Shown piece by piece: positions 35,401 to 47,984 of a stretch of DNA of 64,000 nucleotides. The notes below the pieces were generated by a model that made no database searches, was not told where the DNA came from, and saw only the letters and a list, made by a program, of their open reading frames with translations. The DNA comes from Azolla caroliniana (lineage: Eukaryota > Plantae > Polypodiophyta), in NCBI GenBank assembly GCA_043228905.1, contig JBHGNT010000018.1, positions 12,586,001 through 12,650,000 on the forward strand. The letters are read 5' to 3'. Made by a program: the position numbers and the translations under genes. Each line of letters opens with the position of its first letter. Positions within the stretch are counted from its first letter, which is position 1.

Positions 35401-37867
35401 ACTTGCACCTCGGTCCAGGAAATGCATTTTCCTTGGATATGGATCCGACGGCGAAATGGGATACCGACTCTGGGACCCCGAACGCAGACAAATCGTTCGA
35501 AGTTCGGACGTTGTGTTCAACGAGTCGGCTATGAATCCATCAGTCGAAAAACCGATCGAAGTCCGAAGGGTAACATTTTCCGATGTGCCGACCCTTCAAG
35601 AAGGCCCCGCTCTTAACACACGGTCAGCTTCACGGGTAGCTGAACCTTACACTACCGACTCGGACAACTCCGACTCGGCACAGCCGAATGATTCGCTTTC
35701 GGACCATCCGACCTCGATACCCGATGCGACCAGTCCAATCTTACCTCGACGATCCGAGAGACTGTCGCAACCTCCGGAGAGGTATTCTCCTGGAATTTTC
35801 TTCACCGACGCCGGCGAACCGACGTCTTACGAAGAAGCATCGACATCTGTCGATTCAGCCACCTGGCATCTGGCGATGGAGTCGGAAATGCACTCCATTC
35901 GGGCAAACAAGACTTGGGATCTGGTTGAATTACCCAGGAACCGACGTGCTCTTCCTTGCAAGTGGGTTTATCGACTAAAAGAGACGTCTGATTCGACCAC
36001 CCCAAAGTACAAGGCCAGATTAGTTGCGAAGGGCTTCCGACAAGAATATGGCGTCGACTTCGACGAGATTTTTTCACCAGTGGTGAAAATGACAACCCTT
36101 CGTTTCCTACTCGGCGTAGTGGCAGCCGACAACTTGGAGCTGATTCAGCTAGATGTCAAAACAGCCTTCCTCCATGGTGATCTTGACGAGGAAATTTATA
36201 TGGAGCAGCCAAAAGGCTTCGTGGCGACTGGCCAAGAACATCTAGTCTGCCGACTCAGGAAGAGTCTATACGGCCTCAAACAGGCACCGCGACAATGGTA
36301 CAAGAAGTTCGACGACTTCATCCAATCGATCGGCTTCTCAAAAAGCGATGAGGACCATTGTCTCTTCACCAACACAGCTCAAGATGGATCACCCATCTTC
36401 CTCATCATTTACGTGGACGACATGCTAATTTCTGGACGCCACGCGGGCGACCTTGCCGATCTCATTCGGCAACTGCGGTTGAAGTTTGCCATGAAGGACC
36501 TCGGTCCGGCACGACACATCCTTGGCATGAAGATTAGTCGGCATCGCGATAAACGACATCTTTTTTTGTCTCAGACCGACTATACCCGACGTGTCTTAGA
36601 ACGCTTCAACATGCAATCAGCCAAATCTGCTTCAACCCCGCTCCCCATCAATCTTCGGCTCTCTCAGCGAGACTGCCCGACATCCGGTCCGGAGGGGGAA
36701 GATATGAAGTCGGTACCGTATGCACCGGCAGTCGGCTCCCTTATGTACCTGATGGTCGCGACACGGCCTGATATTTCTCACGCCGTAGGAGTCGTTAGCA
36801 GATTTATGCACAATCCTGGCCGATCGCATTGGAACGCAGTCAAACATGTGTTCACATATCTGGCTGGCACAAAAGACCACGGCATTCTTTTCGGTCCGAA
36901 CCGAACCTCAGGCGTAGTCGGTTACACCGACTCGGACTTCGCCGGCTGTATAGACAGTCGGAAATCTACAACCGGATACTGCTTCAAATTCGGCAATGGA
37001 GCAATCTCGTGGAAGTCGAAACTTCAGGAGTGCACAGCGACCTCAACGACCGAAGCAGAATATGTAGCTGCGTCCGACGCAGCAAAAGAAGCTTTGTGGC
37101 TCGGTCGGCTGGCGCACACGTTTCGACAAGTCGACCATGACTCGGCTCCAGTTGTCTACAGCGACAGTCAAGGTGCTGTTGCCTTGTCGAAAAATCCGGT
37201 TCACCATAACGCCTCCAAACATATCGACGTTCGATATCACTTCGTTCGGGACTGCGTCATTTCAGGGAAAATCGGTCTAGAGAAAATATCCACAACCGAC
37301 AATGTCGCAGATGGAATGACCAAATGTCTTTCGGCAGACCGCTTTCGGTCTCTTCGGCATCAGATGGGCGTAACGACAAACCAGTCCGGTTAGAGCCGGA
37401 CACAGAGCAGGATGGTTCCCGACAACCGACATCAGTTCCTTAATGATCGGCTTCAACTGTTCCGACCCGACCAGTTCGGTCTTCTACCTTCGGACCCTGC
37501 CGACTCGAACAAAGCTGATATGTCCGAGAACCTAAGTCTATACCTGTAATCTTAGATAACCCATGTATACGCCCATTACGGGGGAGTGTCGAATACATGT
37601 GTATAATGGACGTATTCACACTATCCCGTTTTGGCCATTTATGTAATTAGCATAAAGGGTAGTTGCCCTAAGTCGGTCACTATATATAGTGACCTTGTAA
37701 CCTTTTTGTAAGGTTGGGTGTTGTATTATTGCTTTATGGAATAAGAAGTCTTTTGTGTCTCTCTCTCTCTCTCTCTGTGCAACGACCTACAATCTGTCAT
37801 ACGCAGGTGCAGAAAAGAATCCATTGCTTCTTGATCTTCCGCACTGACGGCCCCTTGTCTCCCAACA
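32417..37867 (+). mobile_element. Ty1/Copia element E, intact and very young
   Basis: 281-bp LTRs 32417-32697 and 37587-37867, with one mismatch seen; TSD cggtc; Met PBS 32700-32712; PPT gggggag. Confidence 0.97.
33380..37393 (+). CDS. Complete Copia Gag-PR-INT-RT-RNaseH polyprotein (1337 aa from ATG)
   Basis: Uninterrupted ORF with CNYCKKPGHIKADC, LLDSGASFH, TDNGGEF, QLDVKTAFLHG, IYVDDML, SKHIDVRYHF. Confidence 0.97.
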   Translation: MASTSGSSEMSLRKFDGSNFNFWKEQMQDYLIVKGQIDPIENEEPPEGYKPIEWQKLDRIVRATIRMHLSESVYFTVQSCTTAFELWKTLSDTYEKKVAATKMFLIRRLYNLRMKESDSVQAHLNEYESISSQISSQGTAIEDELRAMILMSSLPSSWETFVTTVCNASTTAVKYSEVTSAILTEAARRKSFAKDSTDDAYVVQGSTDRSNIRGRDSSRPPNNQRRRSQSRDNRICNYCKKPGHIKADCRALKNKNNKKSGRHEEINYVSFSADVLPNDPNILSIENPVGSEVLLTTEESSTWLLDSGASFHVTPHRSQFRQYTIRHSDSVRVGNSQHCDIIGIGTVELNLAGGSTLVLHNVRHVPELSRPLISVGQLDEDGIRAGFSSGGWTLHRGNLLLARGPKIHSLYPLHVTLREGNLFLVDIPVSSLWHRRLGHLSKAGITHLSRAGYIPKLSFSDHQFCEHCQYGKQAAASHPTSAPRETRPLDLVHSDVCGPMPHQSLGGASYFVTFIDDSTRKVWAYPIRTKDRVFSIFSDWLAMVENQTDRKLKCLRTDNGGEFKSEEFVKFCRQRGIRREFTAPHSPEQNGIAERMNRTIQERIVSMLQHSGLSDGFWAEALLTAVHIINMSPSRPLGLQIPQELWIGSKPNYDKLRIFGCEAYALIPKDDRRKLAPRSRKCIFLGYGSDGEMGYRLWDPERRQIVRSSDVVFNESAMNPSVEKPIEVRRVTFSDVPTLQEGPALNTRSASRVAEPYTTDSDNSDSAQPNDSLSDHPTSIPDATSPILPRRSERLSQPPERYSPGIFFTDAGEPTSYEEASTSVDSATWHLAMESEMHSIRANKTWDLVELPRNRRALPCKWVYRLKETSDSTTPKYKARLVAKGFRQEYGVDFDEIFSPVVKMTTLRFLLGVVAADNLELIQLDVKTAFLHGDLDEEIYMEQPKGFVATGQEHLVCRLRKSLYGLKQAPRQWYKKFDDFIQSIGFSKSDEDHCLFTNTAQDGSPIFLIIYVDDMLISGRHAGDLADLIRQLRLKFAMKDLGPARHILGMKISRHRDKRHLFLSQTDYTRRVLERFNMQSAKSASTPLPINLRLSQRDCPTSGPEGEDMKSVPYAPAVGSLMYLMVATRPDISHAVGVVSRFMHNPGRSHWNAVKHVFTYLAGTKDHGILFGPNRTSGVVGYTDSDFAGCIDSRKSTTGYCFKFGNGAISWKSKLQECTATSTTEAEYVAASDAAKEALWLGRLAHTFRQVDHDSAPVVYSDSQGAVALSKNPVHHNASKHIDVRYHFVRDCVISGKIGLEKISTTDNVADGMTKCLSADRFRSLRHQMGVTTNQSG

Positions 37868-40421
37868 CGGTCGACAAGAAGATATTCAGGAGTCGAGACA
37901 TCATCTTCATGGAGGACAAGACACTCGCCGACTGGGAGTCGGAGAAGAAGATGAAGAGCTCCAAGTCGACCGGTGAGGATCAACTCTACGAGGAGCAGTC
38001 CCGACCGGCAAGGGACCGGTTAGCACTCGAGGATCCGGCCGAAGACGATGAAGAAACAGAACCGGCCGAGGAAGATGAAACTGATACCGGAACCGGCCCC
38101 GATCCCGAAATGGATTCGGATGAAGAGGAAACGGAAGAGCCGGTTACCGAAGCTCCGGAACGGAGATATCCTCTAAGAGAGAGAAGGGTCCCCCGGAGAT
38201 TTCCGGAACCAGAGCACGTGCTGCTAACTGACGAGGGGGAGCCGGAGAGCTTTGAAGAAGCAAAGCACGACACCCAGAGCCGCAGGTGGTTGAGTGCCAT
38301 GCAGGACGAGATGGATTCCCTGCATGAGAACCACACATATGAACTAGTGGAGTTGCCGAAAGGAAAGCGGGCACTTCGAAACAAGTGGGTGTTCAAGCTG
38401 AAACCGGGAGATGCCGGAAACCCCCCGAGATACAAAGCCAGGATCGTGGTGAAGGGGTTTCAGCAGAAGAAGGGCGTCGACTTCGACGAGATATTTGCCC
38501 CGGTAGTGAAGATGACCTCCATCCGGACGGTGCTGAGCATAGCGGCAAGCATGGACCTCGAGGTAGAACAGATGGACGTGAAGACGGCATTCCTTCACGG
38601 TGACCTCGAAGAAGAGATCTACATGCAGCAACCGGAAGGATTCGAGAAGAAAGGGAAGGAGCACCTGGTATGCTAGTTGAAGAAGAGCCTTTACGGACTG
38701 AAGCAGGCTCCCCGGCAATGGTACCGGAAGTTCGACTCTTTCATGACCGACGAAGGGTACCTCAAAACGCAGTCCGACCACTGCGTGTTTGTGAAGAAGT
38801 TCGAAGGAGGAGACTTTCTAATACTCCTCCTGTACGTGGACGACATGTTGATCGTCAGACGGGACCAGGTCAAGATACGGATGTTGAAGAAGGCTCTTCA
38901 CCGAACCTTCTCAATGAAGGACTTGGGTCCGGCGAGACAAATACTAGGGATGCACATCATCCGGGACCGGAGCAAGAAGCAATTGTGGATGTCACAGGAG
39001 AAGTACGTGACAAAGGTGCTTAAACGGTTCAACATGTCGGAAGCAAGACCGGTCGGATCGACCCTCCCGACAAACTGCAAGTTGTCCAGCAAGCAAAGCC
39101 CCAAGACAAAGGCTGAGAAGGAGGACATGATGAAAGTGCCATATGCCTCTGCCGTCGGAAGCCTGATGTACGCAATGGTGTGTACAAGACCGGACATTGG
39201 ATACGCAGTCGGAGTGGTGAGCCGGTACATGAGCAATCCCGGCAAAGAGCATTGGAACGCGGCCAAGTGGATACTCCGATACCTGAAGGGCACGGCAAAC
39301 GTGTGCCTCCGATTCGGCTTCGGTAAGCCCGAACTTGACGGTTTTACCGATTCGGATATGTCGGCTGATGCAGATACCAACCGGTCCACATCCGGGTATG
39401 TGATGACCTATGCAGGGGGAGCCGTTTCGTGGCAGTCGAGGCTACAGAAGACGGTTGCGTTGTCAACCACGGAGGCGGAGTACATGGCAGTTGTTGAAGC
39501 CGGCAAGGAAATAATATGGATGAAGGACTTCATTAGAGAGCTCGGGATCCGGCAGGAGGAGTACCGACTCTACTGCGATAGTCAGAGTGCCATCCACCTT
39601 GCAAAGAACGCGGCCTACCATTCCCGGACGAAACACATCCAGCGTAGATACCACTGGATCCGGGAAAGGATAGAAGACAAGGAGTTCGTGCTGACGAAGA
39701 TCCACACGGACGAGAACGGGTCGGATATGCTGACCAAGGTGCTCACACCCGACAAGCTGGAAGTATGCCGGAAGAGGATCGGATTGGAGAGACATCCCAT
39801 GCCGACGTGAAGGGGGAGTTTGTTGGGATTACGGTCCCTTCGGATGGGATGGTCGGATGTCGGAGATGAATGACGACAAGCCCGGTTTCGGTTTCGGAAC
39901 CGGATGATGAAGATCCCGGTTACGGAGCCGGATGACGAATGTACCCGGAGAGAGATCCGGATGCGGGGATATATTCGTGAATATGTTTGCCAAGGGCCCT
40001 TGAGGCTATAGTTGTAAATAGCCCGAAAGTCATATGTGTATAAATATGACTTAGGGCAAACAGTTTTAATGTTGCTACTTATTTTTCTGTTTTTCCACTC
40101 AAGAGGAGTGAAGAGAGAGCAGCCGTGAGAGAGATAGAGTGTGAGAGAGGAAGAGGTCGACGCCTCTGTGTAATTCTGCCGCCTGTGGCGAGGACAGCGA
40201 GCTCAAGGTCGTCGCCTTGCAGCTCCGCATTGTATATTTCTCTGTGCATAGTTTTGGTTTGGAGTCTTGTACTCCCGTGGTTTTTCCCGTACAGGGTTTT
40301 CCACGTTAAATCGTGTGTCCACTCTATTTTTCGCATTTCCCATTTTCTGCAACAACGATTCGTGTGTTTCCTTGGTTGTGGCCGATAGGTGAAGTTTCGT
40401 GAGAGACGATTATTTCCATCA

Positions 40422-41230
40422 GTGGGTACTTCTTTAACTAATCCCCGCCCATCTTTCCTGTCCAGCCTCCGCCGTTCCGATCTGGGGCTATCCTATCATG
40501 GTTCGGCATCTGGCTTTGGAGCCACTTCCGCGGAGCGCGCCGCCTGCTCTTCCGGCGTTGTCCGTGTGTCCGGTTGGGCAGGTTGGGGTTCATCCTCCCA
40601 CTCTGTTGTAGCTAACTCTGCAAACCTGCACTTCGTGGATCCGGGCGGAGGCGTGGGTCTACTGGGCTGCGGTGCCGGCAGGCCTCGAGGTGGGAATAGC
40701 ACTGTCAGGTACTGTTGTATGATCGGCCTGAGCTTCTTGCCTCCTTGATACGCATGCAGGCCTTCCCTTAACGTCGGCCCCATGATGACTCCCCAATCGA
40801 TGGCACGCACTTCAAAGGTATCAATAATGATAGCTACCTTCTGCTTCGGCATCCCATATGCGTTTACGTACATGTATGCATCCGACCTCTAATAGGAACT
40901 TGGTGACTTCACGGAAAAAGGGATTCGGGATCTGCTTCATTCTATAGGCCTTGGCTGAGGAGGAATATGGGCCGAAATATCTCTGCAGTGACTCTGCAGG
41001 GGGGATTTCGAAATGCCTCTTACCTAGTGATGACAGGTCCAACTTTTTCCGGATGGAAGAGTTGGTGACCGTGTTGATATTGAGCTTTCTGGCGATGTCC
41101 AATGCATCTGGATCTGGAGGTGCCTCTGCGACCCTAATGTACCCATCTAGGTGTTTCTCCACGAGCCATCGCCGTAAGGCGGTAGAGATAAAGATTGGCA
41201 TAGCCAGAGTAGGCTCGTGGGGAGGAGATT
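40422..41230 (-). pseudogene. N-terminal globular domain and P-rich linker of the extra ORF of A
   Basis: Overlapping ORFs 40821-41201 and 40496-40873 (frameshift) start ~350 bp after the pol end; contiguous with 29649 once D is removed. Confidence 0.65.
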
Positions 41231-41559
41231 GGTGGTTGCGGTGGGCTTGAGCTCTGTGATAGGATGGAGGAGAAGGTGAGGGAGGGGAGCGATGAGAGCG
41301 CTAAGGGTTAGGAGGTCGATTTCTGTTTTGTGCAGAAGACCTTATATTTCCTTCTTTTTGTGGCCTAGGGTTCATTGCGCGGTGAGCCATCATGGTGCCC
41401 GCGTGATTTTGGTCTAGAAGTCTGTGCATGCATTCAATCCTTTTTTAATAGTGTCGCTATCTTCTCTTCTTCTTTTTTTTTTTTTTTTCGTAACGGTTAC
41501 ATACAACCTATTTTTACATTATGATACAAGTGGGGCCGTCCACTTACGCCGTGGGTTCT

Positions 41560-44500
41560 CAGGCTTTATCCTGTCCGGCGGTGAATGGGTTAGGTGGCGT
41601 AGGGCCCAGGTAAGGTTTAAGGCGGAACCCATTCACCTTTTGTCGTAAGACTTCCCCAGCCAACGTGCCTAGTTAGAACGTGCCTTGTTCCGCTCCTATT
41701 ATCCAGTGCAGGCCTGTCCAGTGGAATCGTAACTTCCCTGGCATATGGCCCATGCGGGTTTGGAAAACTAGTACCGCTCGACCTACAACAAAATCCTTTT
41801 CCCGTGCGTTCCGATGTCGATCCACAAACACTTTACACCGTCATTGTTCCTACTCCAACACAACCATGCTGTGTACGCGTTTTTCGCCGAGTTCGAGTAG
41901 CTGGTGGAGCTGTACCTCCTCTGACTTGGCTTCCGATAGTCGGTCCCGTACCTGAATGCGTAAACTGGGTATCTGAAATTCTACCGGCAACAGGGCCTTG
42001 AACCCAAACGCTAGCCGAAACGGTGTTGACTGTATGCTTGTTTTGTAGTTGGTTCTGTACGCCCATAACGCACTCTGTAATTTGGTATCCCAATCCGTTC
42101 TATTTTCATTGACGATTTTCTTAAAGATGGTCAACGACATCTTCTTGGTGGATTCCGCTAACCCATTCGCTTGTGGATAATATGGCGTACTCTTCTTGTG
42201 GACTACGACATAATGATGTGTTAGTTCTCGAACAACCATATTGAGAAAGTGGCTCCCCTGGTCACTGATAAGCTCAATCGGACAGCCAAACCGACACCAG
42301 ATGTGCTCGTAAAGGAATCTCGTTGTGACGGCCGCCGTATTTTCTCGTAGGGCCTTTGCTTCTACCCACTTGGTGCAATAATCCATGGCTACCAATATGT
42401 ATTTATTGCTCGTACGGGCCGCCGTCGGTGTGAAGGGGCCCACAAAATCCAATGCCCACTTTTGGAAGGGGTCTAACGGTAATACGGGCTGGTGTGGCAT
42501 CCTTGCGCCCTCCATGGGCTGGCCCATCCGTTGACACAAATCACACTTTCTGCAATACTCGTATGCGTCCTTCTGTGTAGTCGGCCACCATAGGCCTGCC
42601 AGCCATATTTTCCGGGCTGTAACATCACCCGCGTAATGGCCGCCTGTCGTGCCGTAGTGAGCCTCCTGTAAGACTACTTCTTTCTCATCCTGACGTACCC
42701 CGCGTCGCCAAATGCCATCACTTCCTTTGTGATATAAAATTCCTTCTACCAGGCAGAAGTTACGGCTTCGGACGACTAATCATTTCTTCTCGTCCGTGCG
42801 TAATTGTGGTGGAGGCAGTCCCGTAGTCAAAAAGTATGTCATTTCCATAAGCCACCGGTCCGGAAAGGTCGATTCCGTTCTTTCTGCTAGTGCTGCTACC
42901 CGCAGAATGTCGGCGTCCGGAAAGTCATCGTCGTCCTTCTGTACTGTTTCTCCATTATCGAGTCTGCTCAAAAAATCTGTCACTGCATGTTGCGTCCACA
43001 GGCAGTGTTGAATTACAAAATTGAATTCTTGAAGCAACAGCATCCATCGCGCCAATTTCCCTGTCAGTTCTTGTTTCTCCACCAAATATAGTAGTGTCGA
43101 ATGATCCACGTGGAACGTGAATTTCCTCCCCAACAGATAATGCCGGAATTTATTGATGTTATAGATCATCCCTAGTGCCTCCTGCTCCGTTGTGGAATAG
43201 TTACGCTTTGTTGTTGATAATTTGCGACTAGCATAGTACATTGGCCGATACCAATTTGGTTCGGTGAGCTGCATTAGTGCACTTCCTATTGCTATGTCTG
43301 AGGCGTCTACGAACACATGGAATGGCTTCGCCCAAACTGGTGGCTGTACGACAGGTGCTTGTGTGAGCATTATCTTAAGCGCCTCATAGGCCTTGTCCTC
43401 CTTAGCGGTCCATTGGAAGGGAGTCCGATGCACGACAGCATGTAACGGCGTGGCGAAGTCCGCCAAGTATCGTATCATCCGACTATGCCATCGTATTTGT
43501 CCTAAAAACCGGCTGAGTGATTTCGCGTTTGTTAGAGTTTTGGCTTGCATAATCGCAGAGATCTTGTTCGGATCGACCGCTATTCCACCCTTGCTGACTA
43601 TATGGCCTAGGAGAGTCCCGCTGGTCACGCCGAAGGCACATTTCGCGGGATTCAGGCTTAAGCGTGCGGTGCGGCAACGTTCCATGCACAATTGCAGATG
43701 CGTAAAATGGTCGATTGTTTTCCCATAAACCGCGAAGTCATCTAAAAATACTTGCATGACGGCCGGAATATATTCCCCAAAGATCTCCGTAATTTTCCGT
43801 TGAAATGTCGTTGGCGCCGTCTTTAGCCTGAATATCATGACGATTGCCACATAGACTCCCCAGTCTGTGACAAATGCCGTCTTCTCTTGGTCATCGGGAT
43901 GCATGCGTACCTAGTCATGTCATTTCATCTAAAAAACTATACATGTCATGTCATGCGACGGCATCTAGTACGCTATCAGTGAATGGTAAAGGGAATGCGT
44001 CTATAATGGTTACGGAATGGTTACGGCGTTTAATTTTCGGTAATCCACACATACACGTATTTTGCCGTTTTTCTTTGGAGCGACTAATATCGGACTTAAC
44101 CATGTGGCTTGTTTAACTGGCCATATGAATCCCGCCTTTAGAAGTTTGTCAATTTCTTCTTTTACGTGGATCGCGAGTTCTGGTTCATGCGGTAGCGGCG
44201 TTGCTAAATTGATCTTATGTTGATAGAACTTCGGATCTAACCCCTTCATAACTCGTGAGCCCAGGCGAACACATCTTTATATTTCTTGAGTAGTTCGATC
44301 ATCGCGTCTCTCTGGTCCGGCCTTAATTCCTTTGCGATGGAGAGAAAACGGGGTTCTGATGTCGTACCCACGTTTGCTTCTTCCAGGGCGGAGGCGGTGA
44401 CTCGCCGTGAAATTTCCATTTCCCTCTCGAATGTTGCCCGTGCTCTGCTTCGTTCCAATATTGACTCTGGGTTTGGTTCGTAAGCCTCATTGTGGAGAAT

Positions 44501-46890
44501 AGTGGTCGTGGCATATTCTGTCGCGGTTGCGATGATGTCAATTTCGAACAACAGAATAATCCGAGGGTGCTCGTCTAGGTATGCCTCTAATTTTGCATCC
44601 TCCACCCCAACCAACATATTTATATCTTCCGCGTATAATGGTGTTATACCCTTGGATTATGTCGTGCTTCCCTCCGTAGGTACGCGAACCTTGGTGCGTT
44701 CTTGTCGGAAACTGATACACTTGTGTTACCAGCTCTACTCGATATTTGTTGCCCGAAGCCACGGTCTGCCCAACAGCACAGGGTATGCCCCTAGGGCGTC
44801 CAGGGCGAGGACTACCGCCGAGATGTCGAAGTGATGTCCTCCCACAATAATGCCTATCTTGCGTATCAACCCCAATGGTCGTACTAAGCGAGTATCTGCC
44901 ATACGGAGCCAGAATGGGCAAGCCTCCCATTCTGAAATGCCTAACTGCTCGCATGTTTTCATGCTAATTACATTAACGCCTGAGCCGCCATCGATTACGC
45001 ATCCTGGGATTTCCTATCCATGTAATATCAATGTAATAGCCGGGTTGTGGTGATCCACTACAAACGGTCCGTCACTAACGTCCGTGAGGTTCATAGCGAC
45101 ACTCACCCCGGGTATGCCCATCACCCGTTCTTCCATGGTCAGGCGGAAGCGTGGGACTAGTTGCAACAACTTCTCCATGGTTAACGTTATCTCGCAGCCC
45201 GCCAGTGCTTCCCAAATGGGGTCCGGGGTCGGTCCTTCGTCCTCCACTCGCTCCATTGTATTCGCGGACTCCTTCCGCATGCACTCTGTATTTGTCGCAT
45301 TTGCTTTTTCAACCCATGCCTAGGCTTGTCGTCGTATCTCATCTTGCGCGGCCCAATCAACCGTTTTTGTTTGCTGGCGTGTCGTGACTTTCTGCACTTC
45401 TGCCGTAATCGTATTAACGGCGGGCCCCTTGCCCTTGCGTACTGGGCATTGCGTGGCATAATGTCCAGGCTGCTCACAAACAAAACAATGGATGCTCGAT
45501 TCGCCCTTCTCGGCTCCAGGTGGTGTGTGCCGATCCCTTGGTGCGACTTGCTCCTCACGGTCTGGCCTCGTTTGTCGGAGCGTATGCGGTGATTGTTGTT
45601 GGTCCCGGCATGGTTCTTGGTGTCACTCATTGCCCGAGCTTTCGTCATATCGCCAGTGGTCCCGATATTGCCGCTACTTCCTACAATAACCATTGAAGCC
45701 ACCACATTTGTTTGTAGGCCGGTGATTCTCATAGTGCCAACCCCCTTTAACATAACTCGGGGGACCATGGTAGTCCTCATCCTCTAGGTCGATTTCGTCG
45801 GAATCATTGTGATTCTGGCGATTCCGATAGTGTCGGTCGTCATGTGGGTTGCGATCCACATACCGTGGTCGGTCTTCTTGCCTCCTTTGTTCAGTATGGC
45901 GTGGGGGACCCTATGTGTCCATGCTGCGTACTGTGGGAGCGGCTCTGTTCAACATATTGTATTCGCACTGTTCGACTATGTGAGCCTTCGAGTGGCAGAT
46001 TGGGTAGTGAATTCGCATGTTGCACTCCACTACGGAATGCCCCGAGTTCAAGCAAATCGTGCACTGGATTGCTTGACGAAACTGTCGTTCCTCGTCCTGA
46101 GGTAACGCTTGTCGTAATGAGGACATAGAAAACCTTTCCTCTTCGTCGTCTAGCTCGAGCTGTAATGCTCGTTCAATGACCATATCCTTTGTTTCCCCTT
46201 TCACGCTATTGTTGTTGAGCGTTGTTCGTATGGGTCGGCGTAATGCTGCCAGAAATGTCTCCTGAGCCTTGTCCTCCGCGGGGCTCTATTCTAGTTTCCG
46301 CCGTAAATTTTGGAAACGTAAGCTGAAGTCTGCGACCGTCTCGGTCGACAGCTGCTTAATTGTGTAGAACTGTTTGAGGATTTCGCGTTGTGGAACCCTC
46401 CGATGGAAGAACCGCAAAAAGGCGGACTGCAACTGGTTAAAGGTCGTGATTGCTGGCAAATTCATTTGTAAATGCCAAAATGTCGCTCGCCCATCTAGTG
46501 TTAACCCGAACTCCGTCATTTTGGACTGATGCGCTACCACCTCAGAAAGGCTCTATGCCATGTGGATTGCATTCCAGACATTGAGGAACATGCAAATATG
46601 AGTTGCGGCGTCGGTTTCGCCGTTAAAGCGGGGATAGGCAAAGGCCATGCTGGGGGCTACGGCAGGTCGGGAAAGACCACAATGTTGTTGTGGTGAGCGT
46701 GCTCCCCCCGTATCGTCGAGGTATTTGGAGAGCGGAAAATCACCTTTGTGATCACAACAGGTAGTGTTGAGGTCGTTGAGGCGAGGCTTCTGCCGTGCGC
46801 GACCCTCTGCCTGGAGTGTGATGGACTTTGTGATTGGCCGGTCTGGTCGTGTTGGTTCTCTAGGGCGTTTGCGGCTAAACATCCATTCGT
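41560..46890 (-). pseudogene. Degenerate gag-pol of A
   Basis: Gag knuckles CTICLNSGHSVVEC and PICHSKAHIVEQC; protease IDGGSGVNVI; RT KKNGKIRVCVDYRKLN and FLDDF; RNase H VDASDIAIG; integrase ISDQGSHF; ends VNGFRLKPY. Confidence 0.93.
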
Positions 46891-47984
46891 TGTTGTTCGT
46901 CCGTGAGAAGACACAGATCACCAAGTGTGCCAAAAGTGTTACCGATTAGGAACACAATCTATGGTCAGTCCTTCAACCTAGACCTCCAAGTGACTATGTG
47001 ACAACGAACGGTAGCGTCTGTGCATATCAGAGAGACGACTACAACCGAGCTCCTTAACAGTGGCTACACACTCACCGTGGCTTACTTCTACACTCTCAGG
47101 TGTTACAGACACACAGTAGATTAGCCGTAGCTATACACAGATATCAGAGAAGATAGAACTCTATTACGATACGCTTCTTTACATTCCAAAATTACACGCT
47201 ACCTCTATCAGAGGTTTTTTGCCCTTTATATACGCAGGGTCTTTTAGCCGTTCACGCTTCCCGCGTGAACCGTTACATGCGTTACAGTGTTATACTATTC
47301 CCTATTCCTGCGCTCTTGTCCGTCGGTTACTATTCCGGCGGACAACATGCGCAGACTTCTGAAATTTTAAATATGCTAAAAATGTCTTACTAAAGAAATT
47401 AAAAGAGTCTAACAATACCTGTTATAAATGCCAATGTGGTTTTAAGGAGTATGACAAAATGCCATGTTTTGCATGCCTAATAGAATCGCTCTTGTGAACA
47501 AGGATTTTGTGCTTAGAATTGGAGGCTGATCCACACTATGGAAACCCATCTATAAAATCCAATAAAAGGAACCTTTCTCAACAACAGAAACTGAAAGATA
47601 ATAAAGCTAATAGAAATGAAACTTACAAACTAATCATGAAACTGAAAAATAATTATGCTTACAAACTGAAATTCAAATCTAGGCATCATTACACATTCAT
47701 ATATCTAACAAAGAAATGAGTTTCAAAATAAGAATGATGGGGAATCTTAGTACACAATACTGAAAAACACTTTTAAAATCCCCAAAACAAATATTGAAAG
47801 GTTAACATTTCATTGGAAAATTCTTAATTTATCCCTAGAAAAGTTTTATTTGAGGTAAAGTTTTTTTTTAAACTTACCACCCACTCGCTCTCTACTGTTT
47901 GGATTTCCTATTGATGTAAGGGTGACACTGCTTAAACAAATGTGTTCATATACTATACATTTGTATTTCTTACTCCAAATCTAC

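Larger units (their letters stand above)
30281..39810 (+). pseudogene. Gag-pol of D (30281-32416 plus 37873-39810), with stops at 30344 and 38674 and split by E
   Basis: CFHCGKPGHFRKNC, WVVDSGASFH, ADNGGEY, QMDVKTAFLHG, LLYVDDML, RTKHIQRRYHW. Confidence 0.95.
29650..40421 (+). mobile_element. Ty1/Copia element D (Tnt1/Tork-like) inserted in the extra ORF of A
   Basis: 601-bp LTRs 29650-30250 and 39821-40421; TSD gtggg; Met PBS tggtatcagagc at 30254; PPT gaagggggag. Confidence 0.97.
16383..47347 (-). mobile_element. Ty3/Gypsy element A (non-chromovirus, Athila/Tat-like RT), full-length but degenerate, with an extra 3' ORF
   Basis: 5' LTR 46937-47347; 3' LTR 16383-16747 plus 27555-27637. TSD tgcga/tgcgc (4 of 5 match). 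PBS tggcacacttggtg at 46919-46932. Confidence 0.92.
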
